From a virus: a DNA stretch of 64,000 nucleotides. Position 1 is the stretch's first letter. Each line of letters opens with the position of its first letter. The DNA lies in IMG/VR virus record IMGVR_UViG_3300044712_001218, positions 1 through 64,000 of that record; one strand, 5' to 3'. Below the pieces are notes generated by a model that worked only from the letters and a program-made list of their open reading frames with translations, made no database searches and was not told the origin of the DNA. A program made the position numbers and the translations under genes. Below are positions 17,298-26,199 of this stretch, piece after piece.

Positions 17298-17654
17298 ATG
17301 TTTAAAATAAGAAAAGAGTTTACTTTTTCAGCCAGCCATCAACTCAGAGGATTACCGGAAACACATCCCTGCAGTAGGCTTCATGGACATAATTACATAG
17401 TTACGGTGGAATTAAAATCTACCCATGTGAGTGATATTGGTTTTGTAAGGGATTATCATGAACTGGATGAAATAAAAAAGTATATTGATACCAAGTGGGA
17501 TCATAGACATTTAAACGATCAAATGTTGGATAATCCTACTGCTGAGAATATGGCCCAGCATCTTTTCATGACCTTTAAATCTCAGTTCCCGGAACTCTGT
17601 GCTATTGAAGTAAGTGAAACCCCCAAAACAAATGCCATTTATTATGAGTTTTGA
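17298..17654 (+). CDS. queD: 6-carboxytetrahydropterin synthase
   Basis: FSASH, CSRLHGHNY, WDHRHLN, PTAENMA, ETP. Confidence 0.95.
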   Translation: MFKIRKEFTFSASHQLRGLPETHPCSRLHGHNYIVTVELKSTHVSDIGFVRDYHELDEIKKYIDTKWDHRHLNDQMLDNPTAENMAQHLFMTFKSQFPELCAIEVSETPKTNAIYYEF

Positions 17655-18408
17655 AATAATTAAAGCAAACCCTGACTTTAAGAAGGAAGCTCCTTTTTCC
17701 AGCAATTTCTTAGAAGTAGCAGAATTCTTTTGCGATACCATACAAGGAGAAAATTTTATTGGTTATCCAGCAGCCTTTCTCAGACTTCAAAACTGTACAT
17801 TAAACTGTGCGTGGTGTGACACTAGTGAAGTCTGGAGATATGGGAACCCTTATTCCTTTGATGAAATATTTGAGTTAATGGATCAGGCCGACCTACCAAG
17901 AAAGCTCCACGATGGTCAACATCTTATTTTAACCGGTGGTAGTCCATTAAAACAACAAATCCCATTAATTAATTTTATTGATGCCTTTATTACCTTATAC
18001 GGATTTGGGCCTTATATTGAAGTGGAAAATGAATGTGTAGTAAGGCCCCTTGATAGGATGATAAATTATGTGGATTGTTGGAATAATTCCCCTAAACTAT
18101 CTACCAGTGGTAATCCAAAGAGTAAAAGATATAAACCAGAGATATTGAAGATAATGTCTGAACTGGATAATTCTTGGTTTAAGTTTGTAATCACGGAAGA
18201 ATCAGATGACGATTGGAATGAAATAGTAACTGATTATTTAGACCCCGGTCTTATAAGAAAAGACCAAATCGTACTGATGCCATGCGGAGCTACCAAATTA
18301 GAGTTAGAGGAAAATAGGCAAAGGGTAGTTGATCTGGCAGTGGAATTCAACGTACGATATACAAGCCGCGAACATATAATTTTGTGGGATAAACGTACTG
18401 GCGTATGA
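17644..18408 (+). CDS. queE: 7-carboxy-7-deazaguanine synthase (radical SAM)
   Basis: TIQGE, FLRL, CTLNCAWCDT, LTGG, SPKL. Confidence 0.92.
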   Translation: MSFEIIKANPDFKKEAPFSSNFLEVAEFFCDTIQGENFIGYPAAFLRLQNCTLNCAWCDTSEVWRYGNPYSFDEIFELMDQADLPRKLHDGQHLILTGGSPLKQQIPLINFIDAFITLYGFGPYIEVENECVVRPLDRMINYVDCWNNSPKLSTSGNPKSKRYKPEILKIMSELDNSWFKFVITEESDDDWNEIVTDYLDPGLIRKDQIVLMPCGATKLELEENRQRVVDLAVEFNVRYTSREHIILWDKRTGV

Positions 18409-18746
18409 TTGATGCCAGTCAATTAATAAGTATTGTGGAGGAACTAAACGTGGTTCTTGAATTAGACCCTCCCATTGACCCAACTCTTCCGGTAAACGTT
18501 TTATTAGAGGAGGTGGAGGCAGTATTTTTAATGACTGAAGAGGAAGACAAATTTTCAGATAATACCAGACTAACCATAAATTCATATCTTAGAGAAAGGA
18601 GGAAAAATAAGACCTGTAACGAATATTTCCCTTACTTTGAAAATACGGAACTAGCTAGGCTTGATCACCGTATATATAAACTCAAACTAACCAAGTGGGA
18701 GCATTTAAACAAAAATATAATTGCCAAAACCCTTGGAAGGAATTAA
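18405..18746 (+). CDS. Hypothetical protein; N-terminus paralogous to 18810-19604
   Basis: ELNVVLELDPPID versus EMNDVMSLNPPID. Confidence 0.7.
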   Translation: MIDASQLISIVEELNVVLELDPPIDPTLPVNVLLEEVEAVFLMTEEEDKFSDNTRLTINSYLRERRKNKTCNEYFPYFENTELARLDHRIYKLKLTKWEHLNKNIIAKTLGRN

Positions 18747-18764
18747 AAATTATTTGTATATTTA
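18732..18764 (+). promoter_or_regulatory. Candidate promoter
   Basis: CTTG-N21-TATATTTA upstream of 18810. Confidence 0.45.
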
Positions 18765-18809
18765 TTCTTTATTAATCATTTATTATAAACCAATTAAATT
18801 TTTTGACAA

Positions 18810-19604
18810 ATGGCAACATTAAAACAGTTGAAAGCAGCAGCAGTAGAAATGAATGACGTAATGTCATTAAATCCTCCTATTGATGTTAAGTTGGCAGAAG
18901 ACGAACTGACTGAGAAGATTAAGGAAGCTATCGGTATTATGGAACCGGAAGATGAATTCGGAGAAGCCACTCAGGCAGTTATTGATGAGCTCAGTGCCAA
19001 GAAAGCTAAACCCGCTCGTGGCAAAGCAGCCAAAGAAGAAGAACCGGAAGAGGAAGAAGAACCTGTCGAAGAAGCTGAAGAAGCAGAGGAAGAACCTGAA
19101 GCTGAAGAAGCAGAGGAAGAACCTGAAGCTGAAGAAGAACCGGAAGAAGATGATCTGACCACTCAGGTGGAAGATGCTGAAAAGCTCAGTGAATTGAAAG
19201 ACCTTGCCAAGGAGAATGAGGAATTCAAACCTCTCCGTAGCAAACTGAGTTCTTATAAGACAGCATCCGAACTGAGAAAGGAAATGCTGAAGCTTCTGGA
19301 GAAACCGGCAAAGAAAGCAGCTCCTAAGGAAGCAGCTAAAGCAGAGAAGAAGGCTGAAAAGAAAGAGAAAAAGGAACCTAAGGAAAAAGGCCCGGGCGTA
19401 ATCGCTACGATCGTGGACATTCTGGAGAAGGCAGGAAAGAAAGGAATCACCAAGGAAGAAATCCATGCCAAACTCGTTCCTATGTTCCCTGACAAATCAC
19501 CTGACTCTTTAAAAGCTACCATTTCCGTTCAGGTTCCTTATCGCGTTAACAAAGAGCGCTGGGAAGTTGTTAAGTTGGAAGGTGGTCGTTTTGCCAAGAA
19601 GTAA
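18810..19604 (+). CDS. Acidic/basic low-complexity protein with C-terminal winged-helix-like domain
   Basis: E-rich 9-aa repeats, K/A-rich linker, GVIATIVDIL...ITKEEIHAKL...FPD. Confidence 0.75.
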   Translation: MATLKQLKAAAVEMNDVMSLNPPIDVKLAEDELTEKIKEAIGIMEPEDEFGEATQAVIDELSAKKAKPARGKAAKEEEPEEEEEPVEEAEEAEEEPEAEEAEEEPEAEEEPEEDDLTTQVEDAEKLSELKDLAKENEEFKPLRSKLSSYKTASELRKEMLKLLEKPAKKAAPKEAAKAEKKAEKKEKKEPKEKGPGVIATIVDILEKAGKKGITKEEIHAKLVPMFPDKSPDSLKATISVQVPYRVNKERWEVVKLEGGRFAKK

Positions 19605-19616
19605 TTATTGCTCCCG

Positions 19617-20342
19617 ATGCGTAAAGTGGTCATAGGCTTAAGCGGAGGGATGGATTCGGCCACCCTACTGGGGTATTACCTCAGTTTGGGTGCCGAAGTC
19701 CATTGTTGTTCTTTCTATTATGGTTCTAAACATGGTCAATGGGAAGGCAGAGCAGCCAATAATCTGTTTGAATTTTATAATCAAAGAGGCTTTCCGATCA
19801 TCCGTCATTTCTTTGACTTAAGATCAGTGTTTACGAATTTTCAATCTAATCTCCTCAAATCAGGAGGAGCTATCCCTGAAGGACATTATGATGATGAGAG
19901 CATGCGTTTGACCGTTGTGCCGGGGAGAAATATGATTTTTGCTTCCATTATGGCAGGACTGGCAGAATCTATAAAAGCAGATACTATTGCCCTTGGGGTT
20001 CATTCTGGAGATCATCATATATACCCTGATTGCCGACCTGAATTCATTCGTGCTTTAATGGATACTATTGAATTCTCCACTGATGGTGGAGTAAGAGTAG
20101 AAGCTCCTTTTATCTATGAAGACAAATCAACCATACTTAAAATGGGGTATGGTTTTGAACAAAATGTTCCATATCAACTCACCCGTACCTGTTATAAAGA
20201 TCAGGAGAAGAGTTGTGGAAAATGTGGTTCATGTACAGAAAGAATATTTGCATTTAATGAATTAGGATTACAAGATCCCATTCCTTATGAAAATGATTGG
20301 AATATTGTTTTAAAAACTGCTTTAGCTCTAAAAGGAGAATAA
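19617..20342 (+). CDS. queC: 7-cyano-7-deazaguanine (preQ0) synthase
   Basis: LSGGMDS, VPGRNMIF, YPDCRPEF, TCY...CGKCGSC.ER. Confidence 0.96.
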   Translation: MRKVVIGLSGGMDSATLLGYYLSLGAEVHCCSFYYGSKHGQWEGRAANNLFEFYNQRGFPIIRHFFDLRSVFTNFQSNLLKSGGAIPEGHYDDESMRLTVVPGRNMIFASIMAGLAESIKADTIALGVHSGDHHIYPDCRPEFIRALMDTIEFSTDGGVRVEAPFIYEDKSTILKMGYGFEQNVPYQLTRTCYKDQEKSCGKCGSCTERIFAFNELGLQDPIPYENDWNIVLKTALALKGE

Positions 20343-20345
20343 AAT

Positions 20346-21071
20346 ATGCCTAATCCCAAAGATCCTATAAAACTTGCCGAATATAAAGAGAATATGAGAA
20401 ATATTGCTCTTGAAAAAGGGTATGGTAAATGGATGAAAGGACGTAAAAATACTCCCGGAGCTTTAGCATTGAATTTATATATTAAATCAATTAAAGGAGA
20501 ATTAATTAAAATGAGGAGAATCCACTATTGTATAGTATGTGGCTCCTCATTTTATGATTATCCTTATAAAAAAGGTTTAAAATTTTGTTCAAAAAGCTGT
20601 TATTTGATAAATCATAAAAAATTACCAGAAGAAATTATTATCAAATTAATAAAAGCTGGTAAAAGATTACATCCAAAAAATGAGAGAATTTCAAATAATG
20701 GATTTGCTAATCCTGAGAATAGAAAAGGGAAAACATATAACGAAATATATGGAGATGATGCAGAAAAAGAAAAATTAAAAAGAAGTTTAGGCCATTTAAA
20801 AAGATTTAAAAATAAACTTAGAAATGGATGTCGTGATAAAATAAATGGGGAAACTAAATATAAAATTTGGAGGAATACCATTTTTAAAAGAGACAATTAT
20901 ACTTGTGTTGATTGTGGAAAAAAGGGAGGAAAATTACATGCTCATCATATTTATAATTGGGCCAAGAATCCTAAGTTAAGATATAGAACTTCCAATGGAA
21001 TAACTTTATGTACTAAATGCCATTCAGAAAAACACCCAAACATTAAAAAATTAATATTAAGTAATTCTTAA
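20346..21071 (+). mobile_element. Free-standing HNH homing endonuclease
   Basis: RDNYTCVDCG...LHAHHI...NGITLCTKCH; very A-rich; sits between queC and folE. Confidence 0.85.
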
Positions 21072-21075
21072 AATT

Positions 21076-21951
21076 ATGAATAAACTATATTTAACTTGGG
21101 AAGACGTAATGAATAAATTACGCACCGTAGACTTATTAAATAAAAAGGTCTACGGTGTCCCTAATGGCGGTATGATTGCTGCCGGATTCCTTAATTATGC
21201 CAAGAAGGTATATAAACCGGAATTTGCTGATATTATTCTTGATGATATTATTGATTCCGGAGGGACACAGAAGTGGTATAAGAAACAATTTCCCGATACC
21301 GTTTTTCATGCCTTATTTGATAAACAACTGGATCCTCAACTTCATGATCAGTGGGTAGTTTTTCCATGGGAAGCTCAACATCCTAATGGTGAGAATACAG
21401 TTCAGCATAATATTATCAGACAGCTCCAGTATATTGGAGAAGATGTTAATAGGGAAGGATTATTGAAAACTCCTGATAGAGTAGTAAAGATGTGGGGTGA
21501 AATCTTTTCCGGATATGATAAAGATGCCAAAGAACTTCTTACCACCTTTGATGCTGACGGTTATGCTGATCATTATGATGAGATTGTACTATTGAAGGAC
21601 ATTGAAGTTTATTCCATGTGTGAACATCACATGCTGCCTTTCTTCGGTAAAGCTCATGTAGCCTATATTCCTGGAAAAAAGATTGTAGGTATAAGTAAAC
21701 TGGCAAGACTGGTAGATATGTATGCTAGAAGACTTCAAATACAAGAGCGTATTGGTGATCAGGTCACTTCGAGCATTATGGAGTTATTAGAACCAAAAGG
21801 AGCTGCTTGCATAATAGAGGCAACTCATATGTGTATGCGGATGAGAGGAGTTCAGAAGCAGAACTCTATTATGACTACCTCCAGCATGAAGGGAGCCTTC
21901 TTGGATAAGCCGGCCGCTCGTAATGAACTCATGGAATTAATACGGCGATGA
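21076..21951 (+). CDS. folE: Phosphoribosyltransferase-like domain fused to GTP cyclohydrolase I
   Basis: N-terminal [21 protein letters not shown]; C-terminal [37 protein letters not shown]. Confidence 0.93.
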   Translation: MNKLYLTWEDVMNKLRTVDLLNKKVYGVPNGGMIAAGFLNYAKKVYKPEFADIILDDIIDSGGTQKWYKKQFPDTVFHALFDKQLDPQLHDQWVVFPWEAQHPNGENTVQHNIIRQLQYIGEDVNREGLLKTPDRVVKMWGEIFSGYDKDAKELLTTFDADGYADHYDEIVLLKDIEVYSMCEHHMLPFFGKAHVAYIPGKKIVGISKLARLVDMYARRLQIQERIGDQVTSSIMELLEPKGAACIIEATHMCMRMRGVQKQNSIMTTSSMKGAFLDKPAARNELMELIRR

Positions 21952-23000
21952 ATATTTATACCGCTGGGAATGTAGGAATAATTTCCCGTGAAAAAGCCTT
22001 AAGTAAGGTTATCCTTAGAAGACTATTATCCTTCTATGAAATACATGGGAAATTATTCGCTGCAGACCAATCATTTGAATTTATAACTAAAAAAATGGAA
22101 AGAAATAAAAAGGTAGAATTGTTTTTGGATTCAGGGGCTTTCTCTGCTTGGAGCCAAGGGGTTTCTATTGATATTAATGATTATATCCAATTTATCAAGG
22201 AAAATATGGCCGTAATAGGCATTTATGCCAATCTGGATGTCATTGGAGATGTCAGGGCAACTTGGAACAATCAAAAGATAATGGAGGCGGCAGGATTAAA
22301 GCCATTGCCCGTATTTCATTATGGGGAGGATGAAAAGTGGCTTGAGCGATTACTACGTCAGGGTTATGATTATATCAGTTTAGGAGGCATGGTTCCGATC
22401 AGTACAGATAATCTTATCCTTTGGTTGGATAGAATCTATTCCAAATATCTTACGGATTCAAAAGGAATGCCTTGTGTAAAAGTACATGGTTTTGGTCTTA
22501 CCAGTTTAAGACTAATGTTACGCTATCCTTGGTTCTCAGTTGATTCTACCAGTTGGGTAGTAACAGGGAGGATGGGAGGAATTTATATTCCACGTTTTCA
22601 TCATGGTCAATGGATGTATGATGAGAATTCATGGAAGGTGACTGTTTCAGGAAGAAGTCCTAACAAAATAAGTAAAGGAAAACATATATTGACTATGAAT
22701 ATTCTTGAGAAAAAAGTATTTATGGATTATATAGAAATGAAGGGATACGCTATCGGTAAGTCAGAATTTAAAAAAGTTGATCAATCACATAAATTAGAAA
22801 AGAATGAAAAGTGGATTGATAAAAAGCCATCCAATAAAACAGTTAAAAGAGAAATGGAAATTATACTGGAACCTGGTATTTCTAATACTTACCAGTTACG
22901 TGATGAAATGAATATAGTATTTTTTAATGATCTTGAAAAAAGTATGCAATCATGGCCATGGTCTTTTAAAACAAAAAGTCAGAATTCAATATTTAATTAA
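21948..23000 (+). CDS. dpdA: DpdA-like DNA 7-deazaguanine transglycosylase (TGT fold)
   Basis: [33 protein letters not shown]; adjacent to que genes. Confidence 0.8.
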   Translation: MNIYTAGNVGIISREKALSKVILRRLLSFYEIHGKLFAADQSFEFITKKMERNKKVELFLDSGAFSAWSQGVSIDINDYIQFIKENMAVIGIYANLDVIGDVRATWNNQKIMEAAGLKPLPVFHYGEDEKWLERLLRQGYDYISLGGMVPISTDNLILWLDRIYSKYLTDSKGMPCVKVHGFGLTSLRLMLRYPWFSVDSTSWVVTGRMGGIYIPRFHHGQWMYDENSWKVTVSGRSPNKISKGKHILTMNILEKKVFMDYIEMKGYAIGKSEFKKVDQSHKLEKNEKWIDKKPSNKTVKREMEIILEPGISNTYQLRDEMNIVFFNDLEKSMQSWPWSFKTKSQNSIFN

Positions 23001-23025
23001 TCATAAACCTTTAAACATTAATCAT

Positions 23026-23875
23026 ATGTCAATAAAAGGAGCTAATTTTAGGTTAACTCGGGATTTAACTATACAAAATCCTGATTGGTCTTTAAGAAAA
23101 GTACGTTCTGTGATGGAAAGTAGAGGAGAAATAATTGAAAATGAAGCTTATCATTTATCCAGAACTCTTAGAAAATTCTTTAAAAAGTCTTTAAAGACAA
23201 AAGGAATTGTAAATGCTATTAAAGGAAATTATATTCCCGGAATCTCTAAAAATGATCTTATAGAAAAATTAAAAGAACAACAATTTGATGTATTTAAGCT
23301 TAGTGATACTATAACAAAACAATTTAATAATCTCAGGAGATGTGAAGAAGGATTTATAAAGCATGGTTATTGTATAAAGGAGGATAAATAAAATGACAAA
23401 GAGACAGGAAGATTGGGAAAAAGCACAGGAGAAGAGGGATGAGACTGCCAATGATCTTAACTTTTATCTACTCATCTCCGGACTATCATTCAAAAGAGTG
23501 GATGATACCATTCATTATCAGTTAAATTCAAAGAATGGAAAGAATATTCCTTTTATATTTATGTACAAAGATAGTGGTGGATTCTATCTCAAAGTACCTA
23601 AGGAATTTCTGGATAATCCGGTAACCTACTTAGATCATCTGATAAAAGAAAACTACTACTCTATCATAGTAGATGGGGAAAATAGGGAATATACGGTTCC
23701 TATTAGTTTTATGACCATCAAGAAATACTGGAAATGGAAAATGGAGACTTCGGAAGGAAATAAAAATAGAATGCAATTCCGTAGTTTAATAGGAAGAATG
23801 ACCTATCGTAGACCACTGGAAGGTTCTGCTTTTTCTCCATGCCTTGTTGATGAACTAAATAAACTCTTATCATGA
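23026..23875 (+). CDS. Two hypothetical proteins (23026-23391, 23393-23875)
   Basis: ORF track; in operon. Confidence 0.65.
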
Positions 23876-24048
23876 ACATCTATTTGAGTACATGGTTAAC
23901 AGATCGTTCCCTTGGAAACAGTATGACTAAGAAGAAAGCATCCAAACGATTGCTATCATATTTTTTCCTGAAGGAGCAGGATATTTCACAAGAACATTTT
24001 GATGAATACGTAGAGACTGGGAGATGTGATCCTAGGAAAAGAAAATGA
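23872..24048 (+). CDS. Mini-protein resembling the DpdA N-terminus, copy 1 (58 aa)
   Basis: MNIYLS...KRLLSYFF; ATGA overlaps on both sides. Confidence 0.65.
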   Translation: MNIYLSTWLTDRSLGNSMTKKKASKRLLSYFFLKEQDISQEHFDEYVETGRCDPRKRK

Positions 24049-24227
24049 AAATCTATTTAGCCGGAGTACCAAAAGCCTATGGGAAATTACCCTATAAGGT
24101 ACTTTTTAGTTACTTTACTATTAAATATCCTGACCAGAAATGGGGAGCTAAATCTAATTTTAACTATTATACCAATGAAAATATACTTAGCAGCAGTTTG
24201 GCCTCCCAATCATCTGAAGATAACTAA
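24045..24227 (+). CDS. Mini-protein resembling the DpdA N-terminus, copy 2 (60 aa)
   Basis: MKIYLAG...KVLFSYF. Confidence 0.65.
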   Translation: MKIYLAGVPKAYGKLPYKVLFSYFTIKYPDQKWGAKSNFNYYTNENILSSSLASQSSEDN

Positions 24228-24369
24228 ACGAGTTCTGCTTAGTTATTATGATTTAGATGTATCTACAATACCTTTTAGAAATGAAACCTTTAATACTATA
24301 ACCAATGCTAATAAACAAAAACGACCTCTTACACGCCTTAGAAGTAGTAAAACCGGGCTTAGCCAGTAA
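24175..24369 (+). CDS. Mini-protein resembling the DpdA N-terminus, copy 3 (64 aa)
   Basis: MKIYLAA...RVLLSYY. Confidence 0.6.
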   Translation: MKIYLAAVWPPNHLKITKRVLLSYYDLDVSTIPFRNETFNTITNANKQKRPLTRLRSSKTGLSQ

Positions 24370-25357
24370 AGAAATCATTGAACAGGCTACTTCCTTTGCC
24401 TTTATGGATAATCGGGTAGTAACCTATAATGATGAAATAAGTATTTCTCACCCAGTAAAAGACCTTGATGTTACTGGGGCAGTAAAAGCAGATAAGCTCT
24501 ACCAATTTTTAGGTAAGGTAAAGATTGATGAGATTGAGATTGTAGAAGAAGATAATGCCATTACTCTTACTACCGGTAAAGCTAAAGCTGGATTAGCAAT
24601 GCAGGCTGAAATTAAACTACCTCTTGATCAGGTAGGAGATATTGAAGACTGGGAAGATTTGCCGGAAAACTTTATAGAGGCCTTAAAGTTTGTCTATCCT
24701 TCCTGTGGACATGATATGAGCCGACCCCTGTTAACCTGCGTCCATGTCAACCATGATGGATTTATAGAGGGTAGTGATAGCAATTGTATCACCCGTTATA
24801 CTCTGGAAGAATTTTCCTTTGATACCTTTTTATTACCTTCGAGTTCAGCATCAACTGTAGTAAAGCTTAACCCTACTCAAATATCGCTCGGGAAATCATG
24901 GGTACATTTTAAAACAGAGGATGACAGTATTATATCCTGCCGTATCTTTAGCAATAAGGATAAGTTTGTAGATACTACTCCATTTCTTGATGTGGAAGGA
25001 ATTGAGGTGACTCTTCCGGAAGCTATCACAGAAATAATGGATAGGGCTATGGTTTTTGCCAAGCAGGATCACCAGCTGGATGAAACCATTAAGATCACTC
25101 TGAAAGAAAGTAGGATGATAATGGAATGTAAATCAGAATCTGATAATTCCTGGTTTAGGGAGGAAGCAAGAATGAGATATAAACAGGATCCATTAACTTT
25201 CTTTATCACTCCTTATTTGCTTAACTGGATTATATCAAAGACAAAGGATTGTACTATTGCTGAAGATCGTTTGTGTTTTAAGAGTCCAGCAAAGGAAGAA
25301 GGAGATACCTCTGGTGATTGGATTTATGTAACGGCTTTGAAAAATAAGATTGACTGA
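24305..25357 (+). CDS. dnaN: DNA sliding clamp (beta-clamp-like)
   Basis: 350 aa; MLINKNDLLHAL N-terminus, D.SRPLLTCVH, GSD motif; replication context. Confidence 0.75.
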   Translation: MLINKNDLLHALEVVKPGLASKEIIEQATSFAFMDNRVVTYNDEISISHPVKDLDVTGAVKADKLYQFLGKVKIDEIEIVEEDNAITLTTGKAKAGLAMQAEIKLPLDQVGDIEDWEDLPENFIEALKFVYPSCGHDMSRPLLTCVHVNHDGFIEGSDSNCITRYTLEEFSFDTFLLPSSSASTVVKLNPTQISLGKSWVHFKTEDDSIISCRIFSNKDKFVDTTPFLDVEGIEVTLPEAITEIMDRAMVFAKQDHQLDETIKITLKESRMIMECKSESDNSWFREEARMRYKQDPLTFFITPYLLNWIISKTKDCTIAEDRLCFKSPAKEEGDTSGDWIYVTALKNKID

Positions 25358-26199
25358 TGATCAGGGGATACAGCTTAATAAGTCTCGGGGTAGGAGTTCA
25401 GAGTTCTGCTCTCTACTATATGAGTTCTATGGGAATTCTACCAAGAATAAATATGGCAATCTTTGCCGATACTGGTGGAGAGAAGTCTAAAACTCTGGAG
25501 TATTTACAATACCTGCAAAAGTGGAAGAAGGATAATAATGGAATACCAATTCATGTGGCAAATTTCATTAATCTGGAGAATGACTTATTAAGGGAGGATG
25601 AAGGCAGATTTTCTTCTATTCCGGCTTTTACTCTTAATGAAGATGGAGAGAAAGGAATGCTCAGACGTCAATGTACCGGAGAATATAAAATAGCCCAGAT
25701 TAACAAGAAGTATCGAGAGCTGATGAAACTGGGTAATAAGTATTTCCCTAAAACAGAAGTGTGGATAGGAATTACTCAGGAGGAGAAAGATAGAATGGCC
25801 ATCCCGCTGGAGCAGTGGAAAATAAATGTATATCCTTTCTGTGGATATAAGATTTATCACGATGGTCACTTTGAGCTATTTCCAGGTTTTGAATCAACCC
25901 GTACTTCTATTCTTTCGTGGTATAAGGAGAATAATCTTCCAATCCCTGAGAAGTCTTCCTGTAAATTTTGCCCATTTCATGGCTACAATAGCTGGAAGAG
26001 ACTTAAGGAGATAAGTCCTAGTGATTTTGAAGATGCCTGTAAAGTGGATGATAAGATAAGACATTCATCCATGAAAGGAGTTAAGAATCCTATCTATCTC
26101 CACGAGTCTTTAAAACCACTAAGAGAAGTAAAATTTAATACCCGTACCATTGGATTCTTTGATGATCACGGTAATTGTTCTGATAATTGTGGAATATGA
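25357..26199 (+). CDS. PP-loop / PAPS-reductase-family protein
   Basis: SLGVGVQSS, ADTGGE, RQCT..YKI, KSSCKFCPF. Confidence 0.7.
   Translation: MIRGYSLISLGVGVQSSALYYMSSMGILPRINMAIFADTGGEKSKTLEYLQYLQKWKKDNNGIPIHVANFINLENDLLREDEGRFSSIPAFTLNEDGEKGMLRRQCTGEYKIAQINKKYRELMKLGNKYFPKTEVWIGITQEEKDRMAIPLEQWKINVYPFCGYKIYHDGHFELFPGFESTRTSILSWYKENNLPIPEKSSCKFCPFHGYNSWKRLKEISPSDFEDACKVDDKIRHSSMKGVKNPIYLHESLKPLREVKFNTRTIGFFDDHGNCSDNCGI

Noticed and set aside
18867-19522. Phe-rich, Ser-rich and Lys-rich alternative-frame ORFs
   Set aside because: Shadows of the low-complexity E/K-rich gene.
908-25360. Other CTGATGA occurrences (for example ~908, ~14253, ~16688, ~25354)
   Set aside because: No flanking stems or downstream GAAA/UH arrangement.
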